From positions 113,956,001 to 114,020,000 of the forward strand of contig OX597815.1 of NCBI GenBank assembly GCA_951406725.2: 64,000 bases of DNA, given 5' to 3'. Under the pieces are notes generated by a model that made no database searches, was not told where the DNA came from, and saw nothing but the letters and a program-made list of their open reading frames with translations. The DNA comes from Octopus vulgaris. Its lineage: Eukaryota. Of this stretch, positions 1 through 12,755 are shown one piece after another (within the stretch, counting starts at the first letter, position 1; each line of letters opens with the position of its first letter). The position numbers and the translations under genes were made by a program.

Positions 1-233
1 AGATAACTTTTTTTACAGTCGTAACCAAAAGTTTGTAGAGTATTTACTGAAATAATACAACTAATAATAAATCATGCGGACAGAGCTGTCGTTATTTGGA
101 AAGGAAAAATTACCAAGTTTGAGTTGAAGTTTTTATCAAAACAAAAATAAGATACATATCTCGAAGTACACCACATTGACCGCGACTTCACTCGCCGTTC
201 ACTCTATGGAAGTAACTTAATTGAATACTCTTC

Positions 234-283
<50 letters not shown>

Positions 284-719
284 GTAAAATGTTGACGAAC
301 ATTTATCACCACGGTACGTACGGTTTGTTTTTAAAACTCGCCACCCATCTACTTATCAACTTCAATTTCGCACCCGTTCTATCAACAAGTGATTATTGTT
401 TGTTATTGTTGGTGTTGTAGTGGTCTTCATATTGAAAGTTTCATATTTCTGAAATACGTTATTTGAATTGAAATGACAGTATTTATATCGTTTTTTTTTC
501 TTAATCTCTCTTGAATTTTCCAGGAGAAAAAAAAGTTATATAGTAGTTGGGAAATGAGGAAAGCTGTGTTCAAGTCTCTTCATACTTTTTCTTTCGGGTC
601 GTAATGAAAGTCATAATAGTAATGTTGACCAATATTATTAAACGACTTTTTTTTGTTGCTTTTTGTGACAAGTATTATCGGCACACCTACACAAATGTAC
701 CCCTCCCACACACACACAC

Positions 720-955
720 CGATTTTGTTTCCTCATAACTTTCAGAAAAATTAATATTTTTTTCATGATATTTTCTCCAAATACCCTTCAGGTAGTGTAG
801 ATTGCGATCATATCGAAGTTTGTTGTGGAGAGTTTCGGATCATGCACACTAGTCGATTTTGTTTCCCCCTTAACTATTGGAAAAATTGGTATTTTTCAAG
901 GAAATTGTCTACAGATAGTTTTCAGATGGTGTAAATTACGATTATATTGGAATTT
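720..955. repeat. Imperfect tandem repeat, about 135-bp period
   Basis: CGATTTTGTTTCC..TAACT..GAAAAATT..TATTTTT..TTCAG.T.GTGTA.ATT.CGAT.ATAT recurs at 720 and 855. Confidence 0.65.
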
Positions 956-2688
956 AATGTGGGGGGAGAAAAAGTGGTTGGCACACACGCAATGAAATTT
1001 GGAATTTTAAAAAGATTATATGATGATTGACTTTGTCTTTCATCTTTTGGGGTCGATAGAATAAGTACTATTTGAACAGCGAGATCGATGTAATCGATAC
1101 TCTTGACCCCCCCAAAATTTCTGGTTTTGTGTCTATAGTCATTATGAGGGAGGAGAGGACACTGAATCGTTGAAATAGTCGATCTTTCTAATTGTTTATG
1201 TGTGTTATTTAAGAACACGTAAATTTAGGCATGTAATGTATATCTATTTAAAAGTAATCAAAAACTCGAGGTGCTTTGAATGACTTCTCAAATTCTTTTG
1301 AACCACGTGAGAGGAATGAGTTGGAATGTTTCCTTTTTCACGTGTTTGTGTTTGTGTCCGCATTTCTTTTTGCGTCCGTCAGTGACACAGAAGAGAGAAC
1401 CTAGTAGGAAAGGATTGACAGACATGTTGCTATTCTTGTACCTATCAGCTTTATTTTCCAGATAACCCTCTTTTAACACCACTGACCTCATCTCACCCCG
1501 CCTCTCTCTAAACTACTGTACCCTTATTGACACTGTCCCTAACACTATCCGACTTCATTATCATAAGAACGTTCATTTTTAGACGGGCCCTATTATAATA
1601 ACGAAAACTGATTCTCTTGATATATATATATATAAATTAGAGATAAAACCACTATTGGTCAAATCATACAGTGAAAAACATAAACCAAAACATAAAAATA
1701 TAATTAATATAATATACAAATAATATAAAATTAAAAAATTTAAATTATTTAAATTTAAAATTTCTTATATATTGCCCATTATCGTTGAGGTATTGAAGAT
1801 TGAGTCTGGGTATTTGCTGGATTCTTTTCATCTTTTCTATAAATGCATTTTTTTACCCATAACTTTACTTTATTGTAAGTTTTTGTTTTTATTGCTAGAA
1901 AGATAACTGGTTCATTTGTCTCATTTGACAGTCGTTATTATTTTTTACTGTGTAGGTTTGTTTGAAATATCGGCAATGTTTCGTTATGGGTAAGAGAAAC
2001 GTCATGTTGAAACACACATACACACACGTGTGTTTGGGTGGGGGCCTATAATGTACATCATTATCAGGAATATGACACTACTACTGATGGTGATGATGAC
2101 TTCTGTAGGTGGTGGAACGTACAGTCATAGCATACTTATTTCAAGTCGACTCCTGGGGAGGAGAAGAGGCACTGTTAAGCCAGGTGGGATTTGAACACGA
2201 GAGATCGAGATCAAAGGCTGAACTAGGTATACCGCAAGGTAATTTAGTTTGGCACTTGGCTGTTACTTTCATTACATCCCTCCAGCCCATTTTAGTAATG
2301 CTCATGGTGATAACGATAAACATTTTTGACTCAACACTTGATAAATAAAGGAGTAAAACTATTTGCAGAATTTCTTTATTCATTATTACGACAGTTTAGT
2401 GAATGTTTTAAGTAACTTTGTGTGTATGTAGAGACAACTAGAATGACAGGCACACAGCTAGGTGTGTGTGTGTGTATATATATATTAAAATCTTAGGGTA
2501 GCAAGAATATTCATCGAAAAATTCTTAGTTACCAGTGGCAGGGTCTATGATTAAGGTAAAAGTTTTTATTTTCCAATCACTTTCGGAATTACAACAATTA
2601 GTGGCTTGGAGTTTTAACTGCTCTTTCTAGCGAGTCAGATATCCTATTCTTCGGGTGTCTCTTTTGTATTTGAACGTACACTGTATTT

Positions 2689-2813
2689 ATTATTTATCGA
2701 GCAGTGATCCATGTAAAAAGGTGAAAGGTGCACTATGAAGCGAATGTGTGCATCACATTCGCTTCATAGTGCACCTTTCACCTTTTTACATGGATCACTG
2801 CTCGATAAATAAT
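2689..2813. repeat. Perfect inverted repeat: 60-bp arms with a 5-nt loop (TGCAT)
   Basis: 2689-2748 is the exact reverse complement of 2754-2813. Confidence 0.95.
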
Positions 2814-2899
2814 TAATATAAATTAAAGCTCTCGCAGTAATGTCTGTTTGAAGGAAATAGATTGAACGCAGATTTTTTTATATATATCGTCCAAAACAA

Positions 2900-3850
2900 A
2901 TATGTACAAAGATAGCTGCGTCTCTTTTTTTTCCGAACACGCACTCCCCACTCCCCCCTTCGCATGACATTCTTACATTTCTGTTATTTACCTAGTGATG
3001 TGCTTGCTGACTGACCTACAGTAGTGGTGTCATGCGTAACAAACAGTGTTTTGTTTTATCGTGCGAGCTTGTATGTACATACATACCGCTCATTGTTGCA
3101 CACATACACACACACACTGTTGCACACGTTGTGTCTTCAGCATACCAAGTTGACAATATCACTCATTGTATACACTTACTGCAATGTCGTTTAGTGTTTC
3201 AAACATAACACATTTTGTTAACTAAGTTTTTTTAAATTTTTTTTTTATTGCTTAGTGCTGTTATTGTAAACCATTTCAGTTATTTGTGAATTTGGACATG
3301 GTTTTGTTTTATTTATCGTTCTGCTTTTTAATGTCAGTTGCTGTTGTTTGTTTGGCTTTGCGGGCGAAAGTAAAGAATACGCACACCCGGTGTTTAGGGT
3401 TAGGAGCAAGACTTAAGAGTTTTTGTTACGCCGAAAACGGGTGGTGTAAGTATTCTTTACCTCCGCCTCTTGGTGTTACCTCTTATTGTGCTGACCTCTT
3501 AGAATCAGATGCATTTTAACCATGACCATCATACTGTATACCAAAGTTGATTTTTTTTGTTTGTTTTCTTTTACGCTTCTCGTAATAAATGGGCTTTCGG
3601 AACAACTATCCTTCGAAGTCCCATACTTCACGGAAAAGGAAAAGAGTACGGAAGTGTAGCGTAAAATGTAAAAACTGAAATAAACGAAACATTGCCTTTT
3701 TGGCAATCCTTTGATGATACACGACGTCATACACACCCACACAGCCCTTCATCATGACAGATGAAAAGGCTAGGCTGAAATAGAAAGTGAATGACGTCGT
3801 CTCATACCGATTTCGATCAATATTGAAGGAATGCTAATTTCTTTTTTTCT
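2900..3850 (+). promoter_or_regulatory. CpG-retaining putative promoter / first-exon region of the gene
   Basis: CpGs are visibly frequent up to about 4.8 kb and scarce downstream except in young TEs. GTAAGT donor at 3446; CRE-like ACGACGTCAT (3721) and ATGACGTCGT (3792). Confidence 0.4.
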
Positions 3851-4489
3851 TTCTCTCTCCTTTTTTTCCGTTATCCGAGGAATATTAAAAATTAATGAGG
3901 TGGGGAGAGGTGGCTTTTATTTTTTCCTCTTCCCCGCGAACTATATAGAACTAAGAGTGGCTGCTATCCCAAAAACTCCGTCAACAAAAGCATTAAAATT
4001 AAATCAGCTACATTTTATAATCAATACCTATAGTATCGACTGTTGACAAGCTTTATCGATTATTATTATTATTATTTGTCAACCTTTCAATTTACATCTG
4101 TGCAATTTGTTTTAGTTTGTTCAGAGAGTATAGTGTGACTAAGTAAGATTTGGCTGGTATTTCCAGTAGACTCTGCGACCACGTAATGATTCTCACGTTG
4201 GTTTATTTTGATGCCAGGTAATGTGGTGGTGGGTGCTGGAAATATTCGCTAACTCAATATATTGTAATACCCCGAAACAGCCTCATATAACGCTACACAC
4301 ATTCACTCACTCCACTCACTTGTAAAGCATTTTTGAACTACATTGGAATAAATACACTTTCTTACAGAATGTGAACGTCCTGTCAGGATGAATGTGGCTT
4401 GTGTTAAAGTTTGGAAATTATCTTTTAATTATTTATTTTCGTTGTGTGTTGTTAGAGGAGAAATGTTATTGGCCATGTGTGTGTGTGAA

Positions 4490-4765
4490 GGCGCGTGGCT
4501 TAGTGATTAGGGTATTCGACTCACAATTATAAGGTCGTAAGTTCAATTCCCAGCGATGCGTTGTGTCCTTGAGCAAGACACTTTATTTCACGTTGCTCCA
4601 GTCCACTCAACTGGCAAAAATGAGTTGTACCTGTATTTCAAAGGGCCACTCTGTGTCACGTTGAATCTCCCTGAGAACTACGTTAGGAGTACACATGCCT
4701 GTGGATTGCTCAGCCACTTGCACGTTAATTTCACGAGCAAGTTCCGTTGATCGTATCAGCTGCAC
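4490..4765 (+). mobile_element. tRNA-derived SINE, family A
   Basis: A box TGGCTTAGTGATT, B box AGTTCAATTCC, core TGTGTCCTTGAGCAAGACACTT; a related reverse copy is at 61764-61971. Confidence 0.8.
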
Positions 4766-5548
4766 CCCTTTATATATATGTATAAGGTGGTCCTCATAGA
4801 TAATAGGATAAAGATAGTTAATGGCTAATTTGAAACAATGAGAAAGAAGGACCAGTATTTTGTAGGGCGTGGATAGGATTTGTTGACTTATTACAGCTGG
4901 TGGGAGTTTATTTTAGGTGTGTGTTTATGTGGATGAGAGATATGTCAACAAGTTTAGAAGAGTTCAGACAATGGGTGTTCATGTTGCTTTACCCCAGATA
5001 AGCCATATTTGAGTAGCCTATGCAATTGAAGGCATTTCAATTGTGGCCATCCTGTCTTTTTATTTAAAAGTTTTTTCTTTTGTCTGAAAATATATATCTC
5101 TTAACTATCTCCTTTTATGATAAAAGGATGTGGTTTGATGAAGATTTTGCTCCTATTTCTAGCAGATTGAGTGTTGGCATAGAAGCCTCTTTGGTTCACA
5201 GGGACTGTTGTAAAAAGAGACAGAATGAACTTCATGATGCAAGATAGATAACTTTTTTTTTTTATGCATGTATCATTTTAGGTGTGATTGTTTGATAATT
5301 AGTGAGTGGAGTTTTAAATATGTAAGATAGAATGTTGGTTTAGTGTCCTTTCTTTGTAAGTGAAAGGACATACGCATTATTTAAAAGGTGACGTGAAAAG
5401 GAGAGACCTGTTTCAGTGTGCAGATTAGAGAAAGTAGCTATTTTGATGCTAAAAGCACTTAAAACTTAAAAGTTTAAGTAAGAAACTGTAAGAAAAACTG
5501 TTTATTCTCCATATAGTAATTATGATGTGTGTGTGTGTCATTACCTTA

Positions 5549-5855
5549 GACACATGTATGGCTGTGTGGTAAGAAGTTTGCTTTCCAACTGTGTGATACT
5601 TTGAGCAAGTGTCTTCTACTATAGCCCTGGGCTGATCAAAACCTTGTGAGTAGTTTTGATAGAGGAGAACTGAAAGAAGCCTATCAGATATATCTGTGTC
5701 TCCCGCTACTACATGACCATGGTTGTTGGTTTGTTTACGTCTCCATTACTTAGCAGTTTGGCAAAAGAAGACCGATAGAATAAGTAGTGGAGTTAATTTA
5801 TTTGACTAAATCCTTTGGCATAGCCGTAGTCCAATGACTGAAGCAAATAAAAAAT
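5549..5855 (+). mobile_element. tRNA-derived SINE, family B
   Basis: TGGCTGTGTGGTAAGAAG head, CAAGTGTCTTCTACTATAGCC core, ATAGAATAAGTA and ATGACTGAA tail, shared with other copies. Confidence 0.8.
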
Positions 5856-7781
5856 AAGTTAAAATGTCCCTGATATTGTGGATTAAAGATAATGAAACTT
5901 AATTCCGACTTGCTTTGGTTAAAGCTAGCAGGTGAATGTGACTAGCATAGGAGCAAAATGTGGTACAATTTTAAGCCATCTGTTTTATTCACACACACAC
6001 ACACAAATTCTGCAAAACCTGAAAAAGAAAAAAATGTTTTTGATAAATTCATTATAGTTCTATTTAAAGCTCTTCTAAATAGTGGGTTTTTTTTTTTAAT
6101 TGCTTAATGCAAGCACTTCACTGAGGTTTGTAATATTTTAAATGTTATAGTACATCAACTTGTTGACACTGCACTACTTGTCTTGGATCTTCCGTACCTG
6201 ACTGAATCATAAGAGCACTGCCGTAACACAGTGTGTATTGGACATTTTAAAACCTGGCAACAACCCTTACTTTCTCTAAATTTCTTTCAGGAAACAAGAA
6301 CTAATTCTGCAAGGCAATCTATCCAACACTCAACAAATTTACCAAATTGTTACTTAGAAGAATCAAATTAATGATTCAGGGTTTTTTTTCCTCTCTGTAC
6401 CCTACCAATTTGTAAAGTCAGAAAACACTGTACTATTGTCATCATTATTCAATGTCCATTTTCAATGTTGGCATGGGTTGGATGGCTTGATAGGAGCTGG
6501 CAAAGCCAGGGTCTGCACCAGGTTTCATAGTCTGCTTTGGCCTTGTTTCTATAGCTGGATGCTGATCCTAATGCTAACTACTTTATAGTGTGTACCGAGT
6601 GCTTTTTATTTGGAACTATCACCAGTATTTTTTATGTAGCACCATTTACACTTTTCTTATTTTGACTATGCCTTAAAAATGTTCATAATCTTGAAAGTAG
6701 AAATCTACTTGGTTACTGTGCCTATTTACTTCAGCCTACAGTCTCATAATTTGCTCAAATTATCATGTCAATTTTCCAAATTAACACATTAACGATGTTA
6801 CTGTAAGTTGATTTGCTCATAGTAACTGCCAAATACTCTGCAACAAATTTAAAATTAGAAGCACAAATTTTACGTTATAATTTTAGTAAATAAAAAGGTG
6901 AAGTTAGAGCTCTGATGTTGACCAGATGCTGAATTTTACCCCAAACTCATATATAGACAAACTGTGTATCTAGTATCTTAGATCTGTGACATTTTCTTAC
7001 TCATTTCATTGACTACATTCATACCATAAGACTGCTGAGTGGTGATACTTAAAAACAACACCAATCATAATAATATATTTGTGTTGCCTTCAAAGGAGAC
7101 TTATTTATTTAAATCAGAACAGCAGGATACACACTTCATGCTATTTTCATATTTGTAAACACTGGTTGTGTTCAGTTATTTTTACTGTTAACTAAAAGAA
7201 TTGCAACTAGCTGAATCAACAGGATTCTGTAGTCTGTTAGCTGTTGGCTAATAGACTGAAGAATCTTATTATTCATGCAAACACCCTTAACACTTGAGTG
7301 TGACTATGTCAAAGATGCTTAGTTCAACTGCCTGGCTCACCTAGATGTAACTTAGGTGTTCTAGATAATTACAGTTACCTCCTGTAAGCAATGAGAGAAA
7401 TGCATATTTTAGGACTGCTATACTGGCTTGCACTGTTGCATTTGAGTCCTCCCAAAGGGCAGAAGAAAGCCATTGAAATGAATCTTTTCCTTTGCATCTT
7501 TTGCATTGTCCCAGCATCACACTTCTTTACAAAAGCATTATCTATACTTTAAAATCAAGCATATTATGTTGCTCTCTGTTTTTTAGTTTTGTTGGTTTAT
7601 GCTACTATGGTCAGTTTTTACTCTTTATCCAACTAGAGTTTCTAACATAAGTATCCCGTATGTATTAAGGTGAATGAAGTGGGGGTCAGTCAACTGACTC
7701 TATCCAATTCCTTAATGTTTAATTTTTTACTCTACTAGAAATAGTACCGAAGTCTCGACCAAACATCATTCCACTCTTTAA

Positions 7782-8000
7782 CCCTTTAGTGTTCTGCTTA
7801 TTCTATCAAACATAATGCTAATTGATTCACATTGATTTCAATTAATCATGCATTATCTCATATCTTCAAGATCTTGATGGTGTAATTACCTAATGTAGAA
7901 TAACATTGTAGGGTAGGCGTGAGAGCCTGGATCTGGTCAGTTTGAACATAAAACAGATTAACTATTTTGGCCGGATATGGCCGGTTTAAATACTAAAGGG
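7782..8000. mobile_element. TTAA-flanked MITE (piggyBac-type ends), copy 1
   Basis: TTAA|CCCTTTAGT ... ACTAAAGGG|TTAA; the same body occurs at 17947 and 19727. Confidence 0.85.
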
Positions 8001-9932
8001 TTAAAGAAGGACATATTGGGCAATGTGGTCCTAGATGCCCTGTCTGAGTTTGGTATACTGGATTAGCCACAACTGTGAGGCCTTTTTCTGGCTTACTTAG
8101 AGGAAGAAGAGACCTTTGCAGAGCCTCTGAGCTTGGTGGGTAAGGAAGAGAAATCGCAGTCTGAGTTGCAGTTATAGAAAGCAGCCAACCAAGATATTTA
8201 GCTCTCTCAGATTTGATTCAAGTGTTTTTCAGCAGAATGGGTTCTACTGAAAGCATCCAAGAACCAGGTTGTAGTTTTTATGCTAAATGACTGATTAAAA
8301 TCATAGGTCTCCTAGATTAGGGATGATCTGGGCTAAGCAACAACAGCAGCATCAATGTTGGCTTCAGTTAAATTTTAATAATTAAAGATAATCTCTAGAA
8401 TTTAAGAAAACCAATAATCAACTTTATCACCAAGAGTGAACTCTGTAAAAAGCAAAAAATGTGTGCCTTGTATGAAAAACATATCTAATGTTTCAGGTAA
8501 AGCCTTCTGGTAAATGAATGCAAGGAGGAGTGGCAGAATGTTGAAGTTACTGTGACAATGTTTACTGTAATGATGAAGATGGTTCTCATTAGCAATGTAA
8601 ACTCCTCTTCATTTAACCTAGATCTCTTTAATATACATCACATGACTGTGTACTATTAACCTAGGTCATCCTATCTAATATATACTTGCTAAATTACTGA
8701 CTTGGGTTATTATGACAATACCACTGGATTCATGTAGTTGTCTATCTTTTGTGGTCTCCTACTGATAAATACCAGTCCCTCCCACACATACACCAGGATA
8801 GTAAGGAAATTTTTTGACTCATTTATTTCTTTATTAATGAGAAACCATAATTGTTTGTATCCATATAAGATTTAACATGGAATTGGAAAAATTATAAAAG
8901 TTTAAAAACATTGTAACTTTGTTAAACATATTAAACATAGCGATTTATCTACTTCTTTGAATTCTCACAGGCACCTCCCCTGAGAAACATTGACCTAGTT
9001 CATTAGTTCAACTTTTACAGGTGGGGAATTGGCAGAAATGGTGAATGGATATCAGAGAATACTAGTTGGTAATTATGGTTAATTATGTCGGAGTTCAAAT
9101 CCCTACACAAGGTTGATTATTTTTGCCTATCATCCTTCTTGGCTCATTGAAATAAAGTACTAGTTAAATACTGAAGAATTCCTATAATGTATCCTTGATG
9201 TAAAAAGAATTACCACCATCATCATTTGAAGTCTGCTCTCCATTCTGGCATGGGTTGGACAGTTTGATGTGGAGCTGGCTAGCTGAGCTGTCCAGACTCC
9301 AACTGTCTGTTGTGACACAATTTCTACAGCTGGATGCCCTTCCTAACATCAACCACTTAGCAGAGTATGCTGGGTGTCTTTCATGTGCCACCAGTAATGA
9401 ATTCAGTGATCATGAGATTATTAAGCACTTAATAAGTTTACTTTTGTCATTCTGTTGAAGTAAGATATCTTATGCTTATAACTGACCAGTTCCACCTTTA
9501 CTTCTCAGTTTAAGTCATTAGTAATAGAAAAGGCAACAGACCGTAATAAATAATTGCACTAATAAATAAACCATGTCACTAATGCAAGCATGGGAAAATG
9601 AATGCAAAACTTGACTCGACCAAAGGGAGTTGTGAGTAGTCAGTAGTCGTAACTTTAAAAAGTGGTATAACATACCACATTGATAGTCGTGATTCTACCC
9701 CAGTGACATGACAAGGCAACACAGGAGCCTGTATGTGGGCATACCTCAAACAGTAGCCAAATCTCACTTAAATTTTTGTCTTTAAACAGTAAGGGTACAT
9801 TGCATAATGTGAGTCTTAGATACAATACCTGGAGCAAATGACTGGTTGTTCACAACTGGAATACCTTTCAGTATGACAGTTTATCATAACTGATATGGGG
9901 TTTCAAAAATTTACAGCATTAAGTTGTGATGT

Positions 9933-10098
9933 TGACTCTATAACAAGTGACTCACTGCATCAGTAAATCTGATTCTGCAGTAGTCATGACTTGCTATACC
10001 AATAACTCTGAGTCTACTATAATGTTATGACTCACTACATTCACAGCTCTGACTCTACAATAGTCACGACGCACTACATCAACAACTTCGACTCTTAC
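9933..10098. repeat. Degenerate minisatellite, about 39-bp period, just over 4 copies
   Basis: Units start at 9933, 9970, 10009, 10050 and 10089; consensus about TGACTCTACAATAGTCATGACTCACTACATCAACAACTC. Confidence 0.7.
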
Positions 10099-11424
10099 CA
10101 TAATGCCATAATTTGCTACATCCAAAGCCCCTACTGTATAACTGTGAATGTTATTGTACTGTATAACATTACAATAACATTTACATTGCAATCAGCAGCT
10201 ATACACCACAACACACACACACACTCTCTCTCTCTCTCTCTCTCAAATATGTACATACATACACTGAAGTCTTATATCAATGTGTGCTGATAGCTTCAAC
10301 TCCATATTGTTGCTCTTCAACATCCCTACCAGAGTAATTTCAAGTATACATCACTGTTTCATCCCTTTTTCATTCTCTTCGACATCTCACTGTACTAAAA
10401 CTCATTGAAGAATTCCTTCTGAATTATATGTTTCTGTAATTATGCCTGGCATTTGACAGACTTCATACTGTTTTCTTCATCTGCTCACCTGATCTAATTA
10501 AGTCTCATCACCATGGCAGCCATTGTTAGTCTAGGTATTTTTTTTTTTATTTTGTTTCAAATAACTGTCTGTCTGTCTATATATATATATATATATATAT
10601 AGTGAATGTATAGAGATAAAGTAATCCAGGCAGGTACTGTGGTAGCTCTCAGGTATACTTCAGGTTATGGCTAACTGCATCACATAGTAATAGGTGTCAA
10701 TGCTTGCTTGGTATTAGTAATTAAGCTGTAATTTTTCTGACAGGTAACTCCAGGTTTGCTTCCCTGGATTATGAATTTTATCAGGACTGTAGATTTCATA
10801 ATTATACTTGTTTGGAATTGTGTGTGTGTGTGTGGATATCTGTATTGTTATATTAGCCAACCATCAATCATCCAGAACAGCTGAATAGAGAAGGCTTGAT
10901 TACATCATATAATTTGTAATATGCACCTTTTTTTTTATATACATACATTCCTTGCACCTGTTGTTTTTTTTATCTGTCTCTCTACTTAAATATGTGTGTG
11001 TGAATTAATATTGCCCTCATCTACACGTGTTCCCTTAACTGATTATAAACAATTGCTTTTACTAAGTGTCGTTTGCTTCTAGTCTACTCTGAAATCGTAT
11101 CCAGGCCTCCTCACCTGTTTTGATGTGTTGCACAAACTTTGTAAACAAAAGGCTCAACGATACAGTATTTCTTTGCCATCAGTTCTCCATGTAAAAATAC
11201 TGTTTGTTGTTCAATAGAGTGGGAGATTATTAGCCCCCCCACACACACACACTTCAACAACTTTAAAACAAATGGGTGTTAGCGACAAGGTCATCTGGTT
11301 ATAGAATATTCTGTGACAACAAACTCTGATCTGACCCAAGCCAGCATGGAAAGGTAGACATTGAAATGGTGATGATATGTATTTATTTGAATGAATGAAA
11401 TATATACATATATACACACACATA

Positions 11425-12297
11425 CAGGGGGCAATGGATAAATTGTCGCCATTTTATATTTTTAATTTCATGCAAGTGCATTGTTTGTTTTTGATTTTGT
11501 TGACTATGCAGTATAGTAGGGTCAATTGGGCACCGTCTGTGAGAAAAATGGCACATTGGCGCAATTCACTCTGCCAGAAATTTGGTAATGACATGCTGTA
11601 TTGCTTGGCATTCGCGCCGGAAGCTCCAATATGAACATTTCAGAGTGTTTGGGTGTCAGTCTGAGGACATATATGGGGAGTGATAAAGATCAAACATCCA
11701 GTCAATATCATGGTGTTTGGAGTGATCCCTAGTGATGGCAACGTTATGCCTCCATTCATCTTCCCACATGGCCTCAGACTCAACATGGGGGGCCTACATC
11801 AAGTGCCTGGAGGAGGTAGTGCTGCCATGGATGAAGAGAGTGGCTGCTTGAAGACCCTATGTCTGGCAACTGGACTCTGCATCATACCACACAAGCAGGA
11901 GAACCCAGTCATGACTGTCAGACAATTTCTGCGACCACACTACCCTTAACATCTGGTCACCTAACTCCCCAGACTGCAACTCCCTTAATTATTATGTGTG
12001 GGGTGTAGTTGAGGGAGAGACCAACAAAACTCTTTGTAACACCAAAGATAAACTGAATACAAGGATTATGGCAGCATTCACCAACTTAAACAAGGAGACT
12101 GTCCAGAAGAGTTGCAGGAGATTATGAAGTTGTCTTGAGGCTGTGGTTGAAGCTAACGGGGATGATATTGAATAAATTTACTCTTTAGTATTTCAAGGTA
12201 TTTTATGTAATTTTTGTAAATATACCTGTTGAAATGAGATGTCAGTGTTATTTTCATTTTTGCATAATTTAGATGACTTTTTATTCACTGCACCCTA
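11425..12297 (+). mobile_element. Internally deleted Tc1/mariner-superfamily DNA transposon relic (DD37D maT/Bmmar1-like)
   Basis: TA|CAGGGGGCAATGGATAAATTGTC and GACTTTTTATTCACTGCACCCTA|TA are imperfect TIRs. Broken transposase motifs: KHPVNIMVFGVI, YVWQLDSASYH, WSPNSPDCNSLNYYVWG, LEAVVEANGDDIE*. Confidence 0.85.
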
Positions 12298-12354
12298 TAT
12301 ATATATATATGTGTATATTTATGTTGTGTGTACATCTACTTATATGTATACGCA

Positions 12355-12401
<47 letters not shown>

Positions 12402-12420
12402 ATGTATATTCTTACATAAC

Positions 12421-12755
12421 CACAGGTGTGGCTGTGTGGTAAGAGGCTTGCTTCCCAACTAAATGGTTCTGGGTTCAGTCCGACTGCATGACACTTTGGA
12501 CAAATCTTCTATAGCCTTGGGCTGACTAAAACCTTGTGAGCGAATTTGGTCGATGGAAACTGAAAGCCCATTGTGTGTGTCTGTGTTTGTGTCTGTCTCC
12601 CACCTCCACTTGACAACCAGTGTTAGTGTGTTTGTCCCCATAACTTAACGGTTCAAAAAAGAGACCAATAGAATAAGTACCAGGGTTGATTCATTCAACC
12701 AAAAAAGACTTCAAGGTGGTACCCCAGCATGATTGGAACAAGTAAAAGATAAAAG
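12421..12755 (+). mobile_element. tRNA-derived SINE, family B
   Basis: Same head, GGTTCAGTCC B box, body, and (AAAGAT)n tail. Confidence 0.85.

Noticed and set aside
1440-1980. Possible Penelope-like fragments flanking the (TA)n at about 1620 (similar segments at 4780-4960 and 10600-10820)
   Set aside because: Only the context is suggestive; I found no ribozyme core or protein motif.
4490-4560. tRNA gene
   Set aside because: A/B boxes are present but there is no complete cloverleaf, and the sequence continues into a SINE body.
8497-8600. Exon-like purine-rich stretch after TTTCAG
   Set aside because: No good donor or family similarity; the ATG-initiated frames stop quickly.
9933-10098. CRISPR-like array
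   Set aside because: Eukaryotic context; the whole unit is a diverged tandem copy with no unique spacers, and there are no cas genes.
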